A stretch of DNA of 62,000 bases from Vicugna vicugna (GCA_013265495.1 MU058844.1:9940184-10002183); one strand, 5' to 3'; counted from the stretch's first letter, positions 10,616 through 22,849 are shown. The notes: generated from the sequence alone by a model not told the origin. Made by a program: numbers and translations.

Positions 10616-13600
10616 CTAGTTAAATACAAATGAGAAAATTATAAGTTGGCATGGGATTTTTACATTTCAAGCTATCATTTCAATGGAATACATTTTAATA
10701 ACAAAAAATAATCTAAAAAGAATTGAGCATTTAAAATTTATCACTAACAAAATAATTGAAATGTTTTCAAAAAGGATATATTATGTTGACTTGGAATATA
10801 CACATACATGTTTAAAATATGTAACTTAGAATATTTATATACATGAATGTGTATGTGTAAATGTATATGTACACGTATGTATAGCAATGATGGGGAGAAG
10901 GTTGACTTAAGCTTTCTAGACCTCAGATTTTCTCATCTGTATGAAAAAGTCTGTCTAGGTAACCTCCCACTATATTACAAGATTGTAAGCTACTCTCAAT
11001 AAACTTAAGTTTTGTTCTATCAATGGTCTGGTATTTTGATAGTGTTCTAAAAATCATCACTCCCTAGTAGGTTGCATTGCATTAAAACATAATTCACAGA
11101 TATGATATACAATATTGTACTATTTGGGGAATTACTGAATTTCATTAGTGAAGGTGTATCTATAAAAATGAAAATAGGATGATGCTGAACAAAGAAGTCA
11201 AATGTCATTTTACTTATGCTACCATTTCCATGCACTTAAATGGTTCCATATAAAGTAGAAAATACTTACTATAGTAAAAAACCAGTTAATGTAGAACCAA
11301 ACCTGAAACTCAATTAACATAATATTTCTACAAACTTCACCTTATAAAGAAAAGTATATGAATTATTTTTAAAAAGTTTGTGTTAAGTTATAAAATAATA
11401 TGATCAGTTTACCTTCAACCTAATCTCTATAACATTTAATGCTCTAGAATAAGTGAGGTAATGTAAAACTTTGAGGTTTCTTCTGAATTATCAAAATTAA
11501 ATTACACAATTATTAGCCATATATTTTTTTACAGGTATATGTAGATATTTATGATGTAGGTTACATAAAATGCTAATTAATATAGGTGTAAAAGTGGTAT
11601 CATAAAAGATCAATCTGGTTGCTCTCAGTGAATTTTACTTTCCCTCTTTTCTCCAATTTTTATCTCAAGGACAGTCTTCCTTTCCCAGCCCACTTTTAAG
11701 AGGGAGGGAAAAAAAGATTCAAAGAAATTCACAACCTGGGATTTTTTCTTTCTCAGGATGAAAGCCAGGACTAAGAGAAAGGGGAGAAGATAACTGGATT
11801 TGAGGGTTAAAAACTCCCTCAAATAGAAATGAGACCAAGAAACAAAATTTCCATCACGAGGACCAGGAGAAGAGGCAGGGATTCATAGGTCAAGTCATCT
11901 TCAAGTGCACCCCCTCCACCGACTCATCAGCTGAGACATCTCACCGCGGAGCAGCTGGGGGCACTTCTAAGCCATGAGGAAAGAGCTTTCTTGGGAACTC
12001 TGACACCTTGAGTATAGATGGAGACTTGAAAAACTTTGCCCCCACACCATGATGGGGCTGAACAGATACGGTGGAGAATTCCTCCACGAGCCTGGCAGCA
12101 GTGGACTCCCCACCACTATTACAAATACCATGCACAGTGTTTCTTGATGTGCCAAAATCTACAACAACCAAAGAGAATGATATCATTAGCCTCCACTACC
12201 TACTGGCTCATTTTCTAGGGAAAACAAGAGCAACATAAACTTCCAAGATAAAAATATACCTCAATTTATAAATGTGTAGATTTGTGTGAATCTGTAAATA
12301 GTATACAAATATGTAGATAAGCATGTAAATTATGAGGTGCAATCCAAAATGAAGAAGAAATATACAACTACAGCATGGGGGCTTAAAGTACCCTCACAGA
12401 TGTCCAAGAGAAGAGGAGAAAGCACACAGACCACTAAACCAAACATTCTATCCCCCACTGCACTAGTGTCTTAACTTCAGCAACTGAGGAGACAACTGTC
12501 ATCTGAGAAATCCGTTTATATAAAAATGGAAAGCTTCTGAATTGACTGCCAGTTGATGGATTTCTTGTGCCTGGAATGTTTTCCTGCATTTTCACTAGCA
12601 ACTGAGGTATAAACCTCATTGACTTTAGCACTAATCTTCTTCAAGTTAGAATTACAATTTCACTGTCTATTAAAAGCAATCATTTCCTGTAGTGATTAAA
12701 CACAATATTAAGCAAATCTGATCTAATAAAGTCAGTCTGAACTTAAAACTTGTATAACAATTTTTGGCAGGATTTTGAAGTCCTTGCTCCTTACAGCAAT
12801 AAAACCTTCATATTTTTAGCAAATGCCATCAAAATAAACATGAAGAAATTCTAGACTGTCATTATGTAAAAGATGATTGAACTTATCTCAGCAGTACCCT
12901 ATGAATTTTCCTACTTTAAAAAAAAATTTCCTCCTACAGAATCACAATTATTTATCTCTGCATTCACTTTGAATAACTTACATATCTTAATAACAGTGTC
13001 CAGAGAAATATGCCAGTTATGAATGCCCAAAGACTAGGTAAGTTTACAATAGTTGTTAAGTTAGTTGCAATGAAAGAAATTAAGATATTCCTTTGAAACA
13101 AATTTCTTTTATTACTATCAACAATTTCCACAATTCTTTATTCCACTTCAATGATCTACCTTCATCACATTACTTTTACAATCTTTTATTCTCCTTGGCA
13201 GGTTGACTCTTTTTCCTACTACTCTGATCGTAGGAAACAGAATCTCTGTCTCTCATGGGTCTCATGAAGGGCAAATGCCCCATGTTCACCCTCTGAGTAT
13301 TACCAATACAGTGTTAGAGATGAAACTACAATAACTGGTTTGAAGAATCCTGTAACACACTGGAAAAAAGAACCACCACTAGAATTGCAGCAGACTTACT
13401 GACAAAAAGCAGAATGTACCAAGCAGCAAGAGGTAGAAATTCAATATTCATAGAAAATTCTGCTTCTGTTTCCAAGGGACTACAGAAGGGATGCCAGAAA
13501 GTACAAAGGCACAGATGGAGATTTTTCACAGCAGAACTGTGTGAGGCAAGAATTCTTAAGTGAGGAAGTTGTTGGAGCATTTTCTCAAATTGATGTCTGT

Positions 13601-13671
13601 GTACGTTGTGCAGAGCATATGATAATGATGTGTGGTGATCATTCCCAGACTAGGACGTGCTAACCGTAACT

Positions 13672-13860
13672 AGGCAGTGTAGCATGGAAGTCAAGCTCAT
13701 TGGTTCTGAACCTACATTGTTTATAAGTCCTTTCACCACATTTTAGCTAAATGACTTTGACCAAGTTGTTTAATTCTTCTGCGCCTCAATTTCCTCCTTT
13801 GTAAAGTGTTACTACTAATAATTAAAAGTTATGTCTTTCGGGCATATTTTGAAGTTTAAA
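13672..13860 (+). mobile_element. MIR
   Basis: ggcagtgtagcatgg...tgactttgaccaagttgtttaattcttctgcgcctcaatttcctcctttgtaaa. Confidence 0.7.
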
Positions 13861-14945
13861 TTATATGATATAGGTATAGTTAATACAACAAAAGCTGTTG
13901 TTACTATTATGTACTTAACATTAGACAATCAGTCTCATTTTAAGCATCGCGTCCAAAGGACTGATGTGGAGTGGGTGTGTGTGTGGGGTGGGGCAAAGGT
14001 GTGTGTTTAAAATCCTGAATAGGAAATATGTTTGGTTTAAATTTTCTTTAATTAACATAGAATTTGCTTAATGTTGTTTTTTTTTTTACCTCCTCAAACT
14101 TCTTTAGACATAACAAAAACATCCACAAGACTAAAATGTCCATTTTCTTTTTAACTCATCATCTCTGTTTTACTAAAATGTTCTGGCTTTCTTTGTACTT
14201 TTATAGCTGACAGATTCTGCCTGGCTTACTAAGTCACCAAAAATACTTTGGATTGATTGCTTGATTTTTTTTTAATGGCTCAATTTTCCTATAACTATTA
14301 CTCTAATCTATCCATCATGGGTCAGAATTTGTTCAGTTACTGACAAAATGGACACCTTGGATCATCTTATTTGTCTAAATTAGGTTTAAGTGGTTATGCC
14401 TTCCTCAATAAACAGGTTTGACAAAAAGCAGGCTTCAATTCTGCTAACGTCTGGCATTTTCACTGAGGATATAATTCTTTGTCTCTTCATCTATGCCTTA
14501 GTTTTGGGTAGCACTCCTCTTAGACTTCTCGTTGCAAATCTGAATACTTGAAGGACTAGGAGATTTTCATCATCACTACTAAATGAGTTAAGTTCTCATT
14601 CTGACAATACAGAAATAATTATTTTGCCTACAATGATGGCTAAATAAATTCCTTGTATTATTATTGTCACATTTAGAGTTCATTTCTTTGATTTCCACAA
14701 CATAATAAAAGTTTGAATAATATCCATATTTATGCATCTGGTATATGTCTTTCATTCTTTTTACCTAAAAAAAATTAGCTAGCTTGACTCATTCATTTAT
14801 TCATATAATTCAAAAACTACTGAGCACCTCCTAGGTACTGAGAACTTCATTACAAACTATTTTTATTTTCCAGGGAGTAAATTTTAACACAAATACTTAG
14901 AAAATTAGGTACATTTTAGAAGGCAGTGGCTTTCCTTGGGTCATA

Positions 14946-15160
14946 CAGCTGACACTTGAACAACACGGGTTTGAACTGAGCAAGTCCACTTATATGCAGA
15001 TTTTTTTCCATGGTAAATACTACAGTACTACACAATCCACGGTTGGTTGGATCTGAGAGTGCAGAACGGCGGATATGGAGGGTGACTATAAGTCATACGT
15101 GGATGTTTGATTGTGCAGAGGGTTGGTGCCCCAACCCCTGCCTTGTTCGAGGGTTCACTG
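14946..15160. mobile_element. Tigger2-family MITE (MER8-like), full length
   Basis: Imperfect TIRs CAGCTGACACTTGAACAA / TTGTTCGAGGGTTCACTG; TA on both flanks (14944-45, 15161-62). Confidence 0.8.
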
Positions 15161-15265
15161 TACGCCAAATTATGAACTATTCCTACTTTGTTCCCTGAGT
15201 TGTTTCCTGAATCTTTAGATACATTTAATAGAATACTATAGTGATATTCTTAAAATGTCACATAC

Positions 15266-15292
15266 CTTCATTGTAATATTCACAATCAAGTG
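15266..15292 (-). CDS. OTOGL: OTOGL e21, 27-nt microexon (1-1): (S)LDCEYYNE
   Basis: strong pyrimidine tract with tttag acceptor, AAG|gtatgt donor; CxYYN motif of mucin TIL3. Confidence 0.92.
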
Positions 15293-15955
15293 CTAAAAGA
15301 AAAAAAGAAGAAATATTAGACTACATAAGAATCTGACCACTTACCTGAATACATGCAAAATATGGTTCATAAATGACCAGGTGAAAGAACTCAGAATGAC
15401 ATCATTATTTGGGAATTTTCTCTGAGCAAAAAGGATTCTTTAAGAGTGATGTGTTATAATTCATTAAATTTCCTAAGATTATTTTATAGGTAGGCAGATA
15501 TATCTGCCAATTTAGCAATGTCTACGGAGAGTCTTAAAATCTTAAGCTGTTCTTCAGATGACTTACTATCTACACAAATAAATGAAAAGTTTAAAGAATC
15601 AAATCTGAAAGAAATTCAAAATGATATTTTTTAAACTGTGTTTCTTATAATTGGAACAGTGGGACTTCACAGCCATAAGAGAAATGGACTCATAAACAAT
15701 TTCTCCGAAACCGTATATAAATAATTTATAGTTCAAATGTTACAGTGATAGCAGTCAAACACAGAAGAGTCACCTCAGTTTTCTTTTATAAATCCTTTAG
15801 CTATACCACAATTTATCTGATTGTCAAAAGAGTAACATATTTACCCATCTTAAAGAAATTCTATTTCCATGAGTTCTATAGCATTAGTTCTACGGTAAGA
15901 CAATGTGGATCTCTTTATGAGGTTCCCACCTAGGGACGATGCTCTGAATACTCAC

Positions 15956-16112
15956 AACAAACAGTAGATGATCTCCAGTGAACTGGTACCCCTTCCTGAC
16001 AACACTTGTACGCGTACGCTGCTACGCTTGTGCATAAACATTCACAATCCCCACCAAGGTTACAGTTACACGTGTCCTCATGACAATTTTTGGCAAAAGA
16101 AGTAACGTCAAT
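15956..16112 (-). CDS. OTOGL: OTOGL e20 (157 nt, 0-1): IDVTSFAKNCHEDTCNCNLGGDCECLCTSVAAYAYKCCQEGVPVHWRSSTVC; C8-3
   Basis: ttcag acceptor, T|gtgagt donor; mucin/VWF-like GGDCECxC motif. Confidence 0.96.
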
Positions 16113-16999
16113 CTGAAAATGAAGTGAAAGATAAATTAATTTCAAAAAGTACTAATTACAATCGATTAAAATTCAATCTTCTAAAAGAAACTCACTAGGA
16201 CAGTTTCAAAATTTGCTGTTCTCTGCCTAACACTGCCACCTAGAGTTCTCAGTATCTCAAATCTCTATTTTCCCAAAGGGGAAAGGAATTTATTAGACAA
16301 ATGTAAGATCAAAGAACTAGCAAAACAGGGGACTAACAAACAAATATAATTTCAACATCTGCAATACAACAGATTCATATTTTGTAGAAGCTCATTTTTT
16401 TCATCATTGGCATATTTACATGGCATTAAAAGAATTTTCTGCTTCCAAATGTACTTTTACTTAGTTTTTAATACTATCTTGAACTACTTTTTAAACTTCC
16501 ATTGGGACCTAAAATTACTATGTCAGAAAGACATTTAGAAAGTTAAATTTCTAGGTAAATTACATTCCATCTTGGAATGTGCTTCTAAAACCATTTTAAA
16601 CTCACCACTAATAATACTTTTAAACTATACTTAGAGTTAAGGAGAAGAATGCTCATTTGGTGGCATGCTGTGAAAATACAATAAACATTTTTGGCCTTGA
16701 TCAGTCAATTATGGCTTTGATGATGGACATAAAAATGTTTCATAAACTAAAATAGATCATTACAAATACTGTGTAAAAATGTATACTGTCAAATAAGATG
16801 GAGTGAGGGAGAACATAAATCAACTAAATGTGTCAATTGTACAGAAAAAACAAATTACCAAATTCATCTTCCTAACAAGGATGTAGGTAGTACACCTGAA
16901 AAACCAATGGGTAGCTAAATTATTTGTCCTGTTCATCTCAATATTATACACACAGCAATACCTGTTTAAACTGGAAAGTTTAGTAAAACATTTATTTAC

Positions 17000-17116
17000 C
17001 ACATTGCGACAAGGAGCAAAAACATCGCTGTACAAAATGGAGCATTCCTTCTTGGCGTAAGGAAATTTGTTCTGATGTGCCTCGCACGGTTTAAATGATT
17101 CACTTGGGGTTTCACA
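17000..17116 (-). CDS. OTOGL: OTOGL e19 (117 nt, 0-0): CETPSESFKPCEAHQNKFPYAKKECSILYSDVFAPCRNV
   Basis: tgcag acceptor, GTG|gtaaat donor; inside ORF 16820..17215. Confidence 0.94.
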
Positions 17117-17559
17117 CTGCAGAAAAAAAGTCCAGGGAGAAAAGAAAGCTTTTAAAGGGTAACTTCTGAAGCTGAAACTAGGGTAACCTAATCTGACTTC
17201 ATCCATTACAATCACACCTAATATATTCTCACTATTTTAGACGGTCTTTACCTAAAGCACCTGTGCTCGGCCAGTTCAGTGTTAATAGCATATATTATTG
17301 TTGACGGCAACTAAATTTACTATTAAAATCATGACAATATTAGAGAGTGAAGGTAAATGATGTTTAAATTTTCAAGTGCAGCATTACATGACTAAAAAAA
17401 ATGATATAAACAAATTATTTCCCTTCCTTTAATTTTCATCTCTTTCATTTCTATCACAAGCCATCCTCTGAGGGGTTGCACAGACTCAAGTGCCTACAGG
17501 CTCACCTCCCATACACTCAACAGTTTGATCTCTGCCTCTCCTAATCCACCTCCCTGAAA

Positions 17560-18670
17560 CCTCCTTGGGAAAAGTCATCCTGGATCTCTTCGTTACCAAA
17601 TACAAAGGCAACTTTTCAGTCTTCCTCTCACTTGACCTTTCCCTGTCTTTGATGCTGTTGAATACTTTGCCCTTCTGACATGTCTCTCGTGTTTTTGGTG
17701 GCACCACCTTCTGCTGGGTCCCTCCTCATTCACTTGGATGCTCCTCCCTATTCCCACCACCCTCGTTTTAAGGCTTTATCCTTGGATCTCCTATTTTTTT
17801 TCACTGTATACACTTATCATGGTTTCAGCAACCTGAATATATCAGGAACTGCCAAATCCATATTTTCAGTCCAGATCTCTTTTCTGAACCTCAAAACTTG
17901 GACATTTTCACATAAGTATTTCTGTCCCTTCTCTCTCAAAACATCCTGAACTGTATTTATCTCTTCACCGTTGTATCATCCCCACTGTCCCCTACCACAC
18001 ACTCTCCTCTTTGCACTGCCTCAGCGTCTAACCAGTAAGCTGGGAAGGTAGGAGACTTTCTTCACTTCTCCAAATTCATCCTTCCTTATACAGTCTTTCA
18101 ACAAATGCTGTTGTTTCAAATTTTTGATGTCTCTCAAATTTGAGTAGTTTTTCTAAATGTTCACTGACTTGACATTTCTAGCTAGATCATAAGGGCCTCT
18201 TACCTAGCTTAGGGCCCTTAGTCCAGATCACAGCACTCACAGCTTGCAGCTCTTTATTTTGTGTTCCAGCCATTCCCTCCTTCAGACCTTCCCACCACAG
18301 CCATATTGAACTTCTTGAAATTCCTGTTAGGCACCATATTCACTCCAGTCCTCCTGACACCTTCCAAATGGCTGCCCTCTCCTTTACTGTTACACTCTTT
18401 CCCATCATCTTCACTGTTCTAGCTGCTGTAAGTCTTGCAGGATTCAGCTCAATGGCACCTTCTCAGAACCTTCCTCTGACCATCACGAACTCCATGCTGT
18501 ATACACCTCTATCAAAGCACCTGTCTCATATTTTCATTGTTAATTTTTCTACCTCATCTACTAACCTAGACTTTAAATTCCTTTAAACACAGGTAGTGGC
18601 TGTGTTTTAATCGTATTGTTTGTTGATATATCCTGGAAAATACTGAGTGCTAAACAGAACTTACTGAATT
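17560..18670 (+). mobile_element. Degenerate L2
   Basis: caacttttcagtcttcctctcacttgacctt...tttgatgctgttga and other pyrimidine-rich L2 motifs; approximate. Confidence 0.65.
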
Positions 18671-19419
18671 AAAAAAAGTATTTGATTTTCAGCTTTGTCC
18701 ATTAGGTATAGGTAAGAATATGCATTATAGTAAGTCTAAAATTCTTTGATTGGCCCAAATATTTAAGTATTATTACAAGTTAGTTATTCTTTAATTCATT
18801 TCATATTTAAAAAAAAAACCTTTATACTCTCCAACTTACATCACATTACTTAAATTTTACTGAACTGAGTGGATGCTTAACCCCAATCCCTTTTTAGTTT
18901 TTTGAAGAGATTGAGATATGTTAGTAAATCAGGCAAAGTAGTAAAGCAACTGATCAAATAGTAACCAATGAGGAAATTGTAGCAGCAGACCCTCCTTTCA
19001 GTTAGAAAGAAAAATAGGCTAAAATAGGTAGAAGAAAAGAGTACAACAAATTTCCAATTTGACTGTTTTCTGAGTTAGTTCAGCATTTCTCAGTGTCCCG
19101 TGGAAAACCCTACTTTCTTGAGAACTAGGACATACAAACCTAAGTTCTGTGTAAGTTTGGGAATCCCTTCAAACATATCCCTCTCTTGGAATGCCTCAAG
19201 AAATCCTCCAAAAATGAAATACGTCTGACTTAATTCATTCAAACTGCTCCAAAAGGTAGTTGGCCACAAATCCACTTCTTATCCCTACCCACCCCACACA
19301 GCCTGGAAAACCAATGCTAAGAAATTTTGCCTTTGTTTATTCATCACCTCAAGTTGACAAAAATTACATCATTAGAAATACAAATACATTTGAAAAGCAT
19401 TGTGCTATAAGAGGAAGAG

Positions 19420-19605
19420 CAAGAGACTAGAAGTTGTGAATTTGAAAGTCACCCCTGCTGCTTACTGGTTATACAGTGTTAGAAAAATCATTTAACCTTC
19501 CTGAGTCTCAATTTCTTCACCTATTATATGGACACAATATCTTTTACATTACAAGATTGTCTCAAGAACTATGAGAAGTTAAATGTGAAAGCAGTTCGTC
19601 AACTA
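19420..19605 (+). mobile_element. MIR
   Basis: tcatttaaccttcctgagtctcaatttcttcacctat core. Confidence 0.65.
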
Positions 19606-19734
19606 TGAATTACTGTACAAATACTGCACAAAACACTGTTACTTAAATAAATCTTCCTGAGGAATAAGATGTTTTAGTGAATAAATACACCAAAAAACAT
19701 TTGTTTAGTTCTAAAACGCATCTATTTCACTTAC

Positions 19735-19854
19735 CTGTCCTAGTGCCCAACTATCTCCAAATACCTGGGCATTCCTCACTTCTAAGTTATTGGATGTAGT
19801 CATATCATTTGAAGTACATTTGTCAAAGTTTCCACATAATCCGGATAATTTGTT
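19735..19854 (-). CDS. OTOGL: OTOGL e18 (120 nt, 0-0): [40 protein letters not shown]; end of VWD3
   Basis: tttag acceptor, CAG|gtaagt donor; GLCGNFD...FGDSW motif. Confidence 0.95.
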
Positions 19855-20153
19855 CTAAAGTGAAAGAAAATTACCATGAAACATTCTATATTCACTTCCA
19901 CACTTAAGGACTAGTATTCACTAAAATTTTCAAGAGATTTAAAATAGGTATTTTAAGAATTTCTACAATAACCACTTAAAATATGTCTCAAGAAGGTGGA
20001 ATTTCATATCTATTTAATTATATTTAACAGTTATTTAGATTCTCAAAAATATTTTACCATCCCCTAAATTTTATCTGTCCACACTTACCAATGTCTTAGA
20101 ATTGGCAACTAATAATATAAATAACTTGGAAAACTATAATATAAACACTACAG

Positions 20154-20245
20154 TATACATATATATGTGTATATATATATATGTATATATATGTGTGTGT
20201 CTATAGCCATATGTGTATATATAGTATATATTTATACACATATAT
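20154..20245. repeat. (TA)/(TG) imperfect microsatellite
   Basis: Seen directly. Confidence 0.85.
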
Positions 20246-20664
20246 TTTAATGATGAAAGAGCCACCTCTTGATATGTTTAACACTGTTTTGTAACACTAT
20301 AAATTTTGAAACAATAGAAATAATTTTTCTTTCCCTAGGTAATACTTTGAAAAGCCAAAACTTTCAAAACATAACTTTTAAAAAAAAAGTTAACTTTATA
20401 TTCATATATCATGCCACCATGAGGCACAATAAATGAAGATTTACCTGATTTTTATAGTTTGTTGTGAGTTGTACAATGGTTACTACAAGTGCAATATGAA
20501 TTATTCACATCAACAATATTCACTGCATTTTCTCAAATAACGTGACAAACTTTACTCTTGGGAAGGAGACAGACTAAGAGTACAGAGAAGAATGATCTTC
20601 CAGAAACAATGAAAACCCTCCTTAAAACTTTGAAATTAAACAAGCTAACCTTTCTCTTCATGTA

Positions 20665-20741
20665 TATTTTTTACTGAAGTATAGTCAGTTATAATGTATC
20701 AATTTCTGGTGTACAGCATAATGTTCCAGTCATATATATAT
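20665..20741 (-). mobile_element. Short L1 3'-terminal fragment, camelid/cetartiodactyl type
   Basis: ttttttactgaagtatagtcagttataatgtatcaatttctggtgtacagcataatg is an antisense L1 3' end with poly-A. Confidence 0.7.
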
Positions 20742-21429
20742 GCTGCCCTTAGTTAACGGTAAAGTAGACTGCCTGTGTCTCCAGCAAAGCTGACAATAAC
20801 CCTGACATTGCAAGTGCCACAGCCACTGCTTTCTATGGTGCCTCTGCTCCAGAAGCTACAATATCTGTTCAAAGACAGTGGACTCTTCAAAGACAGTTGG
20901 TCACCCCAAGATTTAAGGCAGCAGTAAAAGTAAGGGGAGATGTAGAAGAATAAATGGTCAATCTGTTTCCAAAAAGTAGGGAAGGGAGGATGAACAATGG
21001 AAAATGGCAGAAAATGTAGTTGAAGTTTTTTCATCTTCATCAAAGAAATGCAAGATGCCAGCAAACACGGAGGAATAGACTTTTGGGCTTTATTTTGCTT
21101 AGGGTTGAAAGAAAATGACCAATATACAATCTTTTCTTAAATTTATAACATTAAAATTTTTTTTAAAATATGTATATTTTCCATGGTTTTACAAGAATTT
21201 GTTACTATTCCCATTTTCTCTAAGTTGCCACAGACTATATCCATGAGTCTCAATTTCAATTTCAGATACACTGGATTTTTAAAAATATTTCAATGTTTCA
21301 AAACCAACTTCAACATATAAATTTAAAACATTTAGTAAAAATTTAAATATCTAAATAATAAAAATATTTTAAAATATTTATTACAATATTTAATAGTAAA
21401 CAATAATTACAACAATTTAAAATATAAAT

Positions 21430-22142
21430 TACCAAAAACTGTAAACAACCCAGATTGAATCTTCAACCATTAATGGCTATAACGAATTAGTACTTCCATA
21501 CAACAGAATACTACTCAGCAGTATACAAGTACAAACAATTAATTCATTCAGCAATATGGATGTGTCTTGAATAGATTTGCCAAGTCAAAGAAGACAGACC
21601 CAAAAGGCTATATATTGCATGATTTCATTTCTACTGTATCCAGAAAAGGCAAAACTATACAGATGGAAAATAGATCAGTGGTTCCAAGGGTGAGGGGTTA
21701 GAAGTAGGAATTGACAAAAAAGGGGCAACACGGGAGAAATTTGGGAGTTGGTGGACCTATTCTACATAGAACTCTGGTGGTGGATACACAATTCCATGCA
21801 TTTGTTAAAATCTATAGAACTACAGACCATAAAAGTAAATTATTTTACATTTTAAAAGAATTTACTTATGAAAACTTTTTTAAAAAAAACCCAGAATGTG
21901 AAGGAAAAGGCGGAATGCAAATTGTAATAAAATAATTTAACTGTCAAATACATCACATAACCACGCTGCAGTGTGGGAGAGGGGGAAGAAGTTGACCTAC
22001 GTAACTTTGGAAAACTGGATACTATAAGGCTGAAGTCAAAAAGAACTGTACACAATGCTGTACTCCAGTTGGTAACATTGTTCTTCTCTAGGGTATGAGT
22101 TAGTAATTCTGAAATTATAACGTACTTCTTAAAAAAAAAAAC
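21430..22142 (+). mobile_element. L1MC/L1MD-type 3' region
   Basis: caaaaactgtaaacaaccc, cagaatactactcagca, aaaaggcaaaactatacagatggaaaatagatcagtggtt, ending in poly-A at about 22131-22141. Confidence 0.8.
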
Positions 22143-22236
22143 AGCAGTTGTTTTATTTCTGTAAAACATCAAAAAGTCAATGCAATTTCATTTTTTGCAC
22201 CTCATTTGGATTGACCTACCAAGTAGGTTGACTTAC

Positions 22237-22386
22237 CTTCCACTGTGGTCCAACTTTGATATGGATGGTTGTCTTCATATCCCAAAGAACAGTGATATCT
22301 TTCTCTGGAAAGTATACTACCATGTAGTATCCTGCTTTCCAAAGCTGGTACGTAGGTTTATTTTCCAGAAAAAAACCTGATCGTTT
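22237..22386 (-). CDS. OTOGL: OTOGL e17 (150 nt, 0-0): KRSGFFLENKPTYQLWKAGYYMVVYFPEKDITVLWDMKTTIHIKVGPQWK
   Basis: T-rich tract with tgaag acceptor, AAG|gtaagt donor; translated by hand. Confidence 0.93.
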
Positions 22387-22776
22387 CTTCAAAAAAAAAT
22401 AATAATAATAAAGAAAGAAAAAGGAAAAAAATGAATTGCCTGTTTTCTAACTAAAATGTGAACATTAAGTTAATATTCACCAATAAGTATTTTTGCTTGG
22501 CCCTGTCTTTCCTAAATTCTATAGTGAAAGACAAAACAAATGTATAAAATAGGAAAAAACATAAAATTGGTAACAAGACATAAACTGGTAGATAAGCTCA
22601 ACATGGATTAATGAGCAAAGGAAAAAGGTATTTCAGTTATAGAGAAGAGCACAAACAACGGCAGGACACACTAGGGGAGATAACCTGCCGACTTAGCAAT
22701 GCTGTACTGATGGTGAATAAATATGACTGAATACTAAAAATGGATGACTTTACCTGTGTAATTGAAAAACAAAAGC

Positions 22777-22781
<5 letters not shown>

Positions 22782-22816
<35 letters not shown>

Positions 22817-22849
22817 TGTCTGTGTGTGTGTCTGTGTGTCTGTGTGTGT
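22782..22849. repeat. (GT)n microsatellite with GTCT interruptions
   Basis: Seen directly. Confidence 0.95.

Noticed and set aside
22214..22228. acctac-caa-gtaggt hairpin next to the e17 donor
   Set aside because: A 6-bp stem is at chance level.
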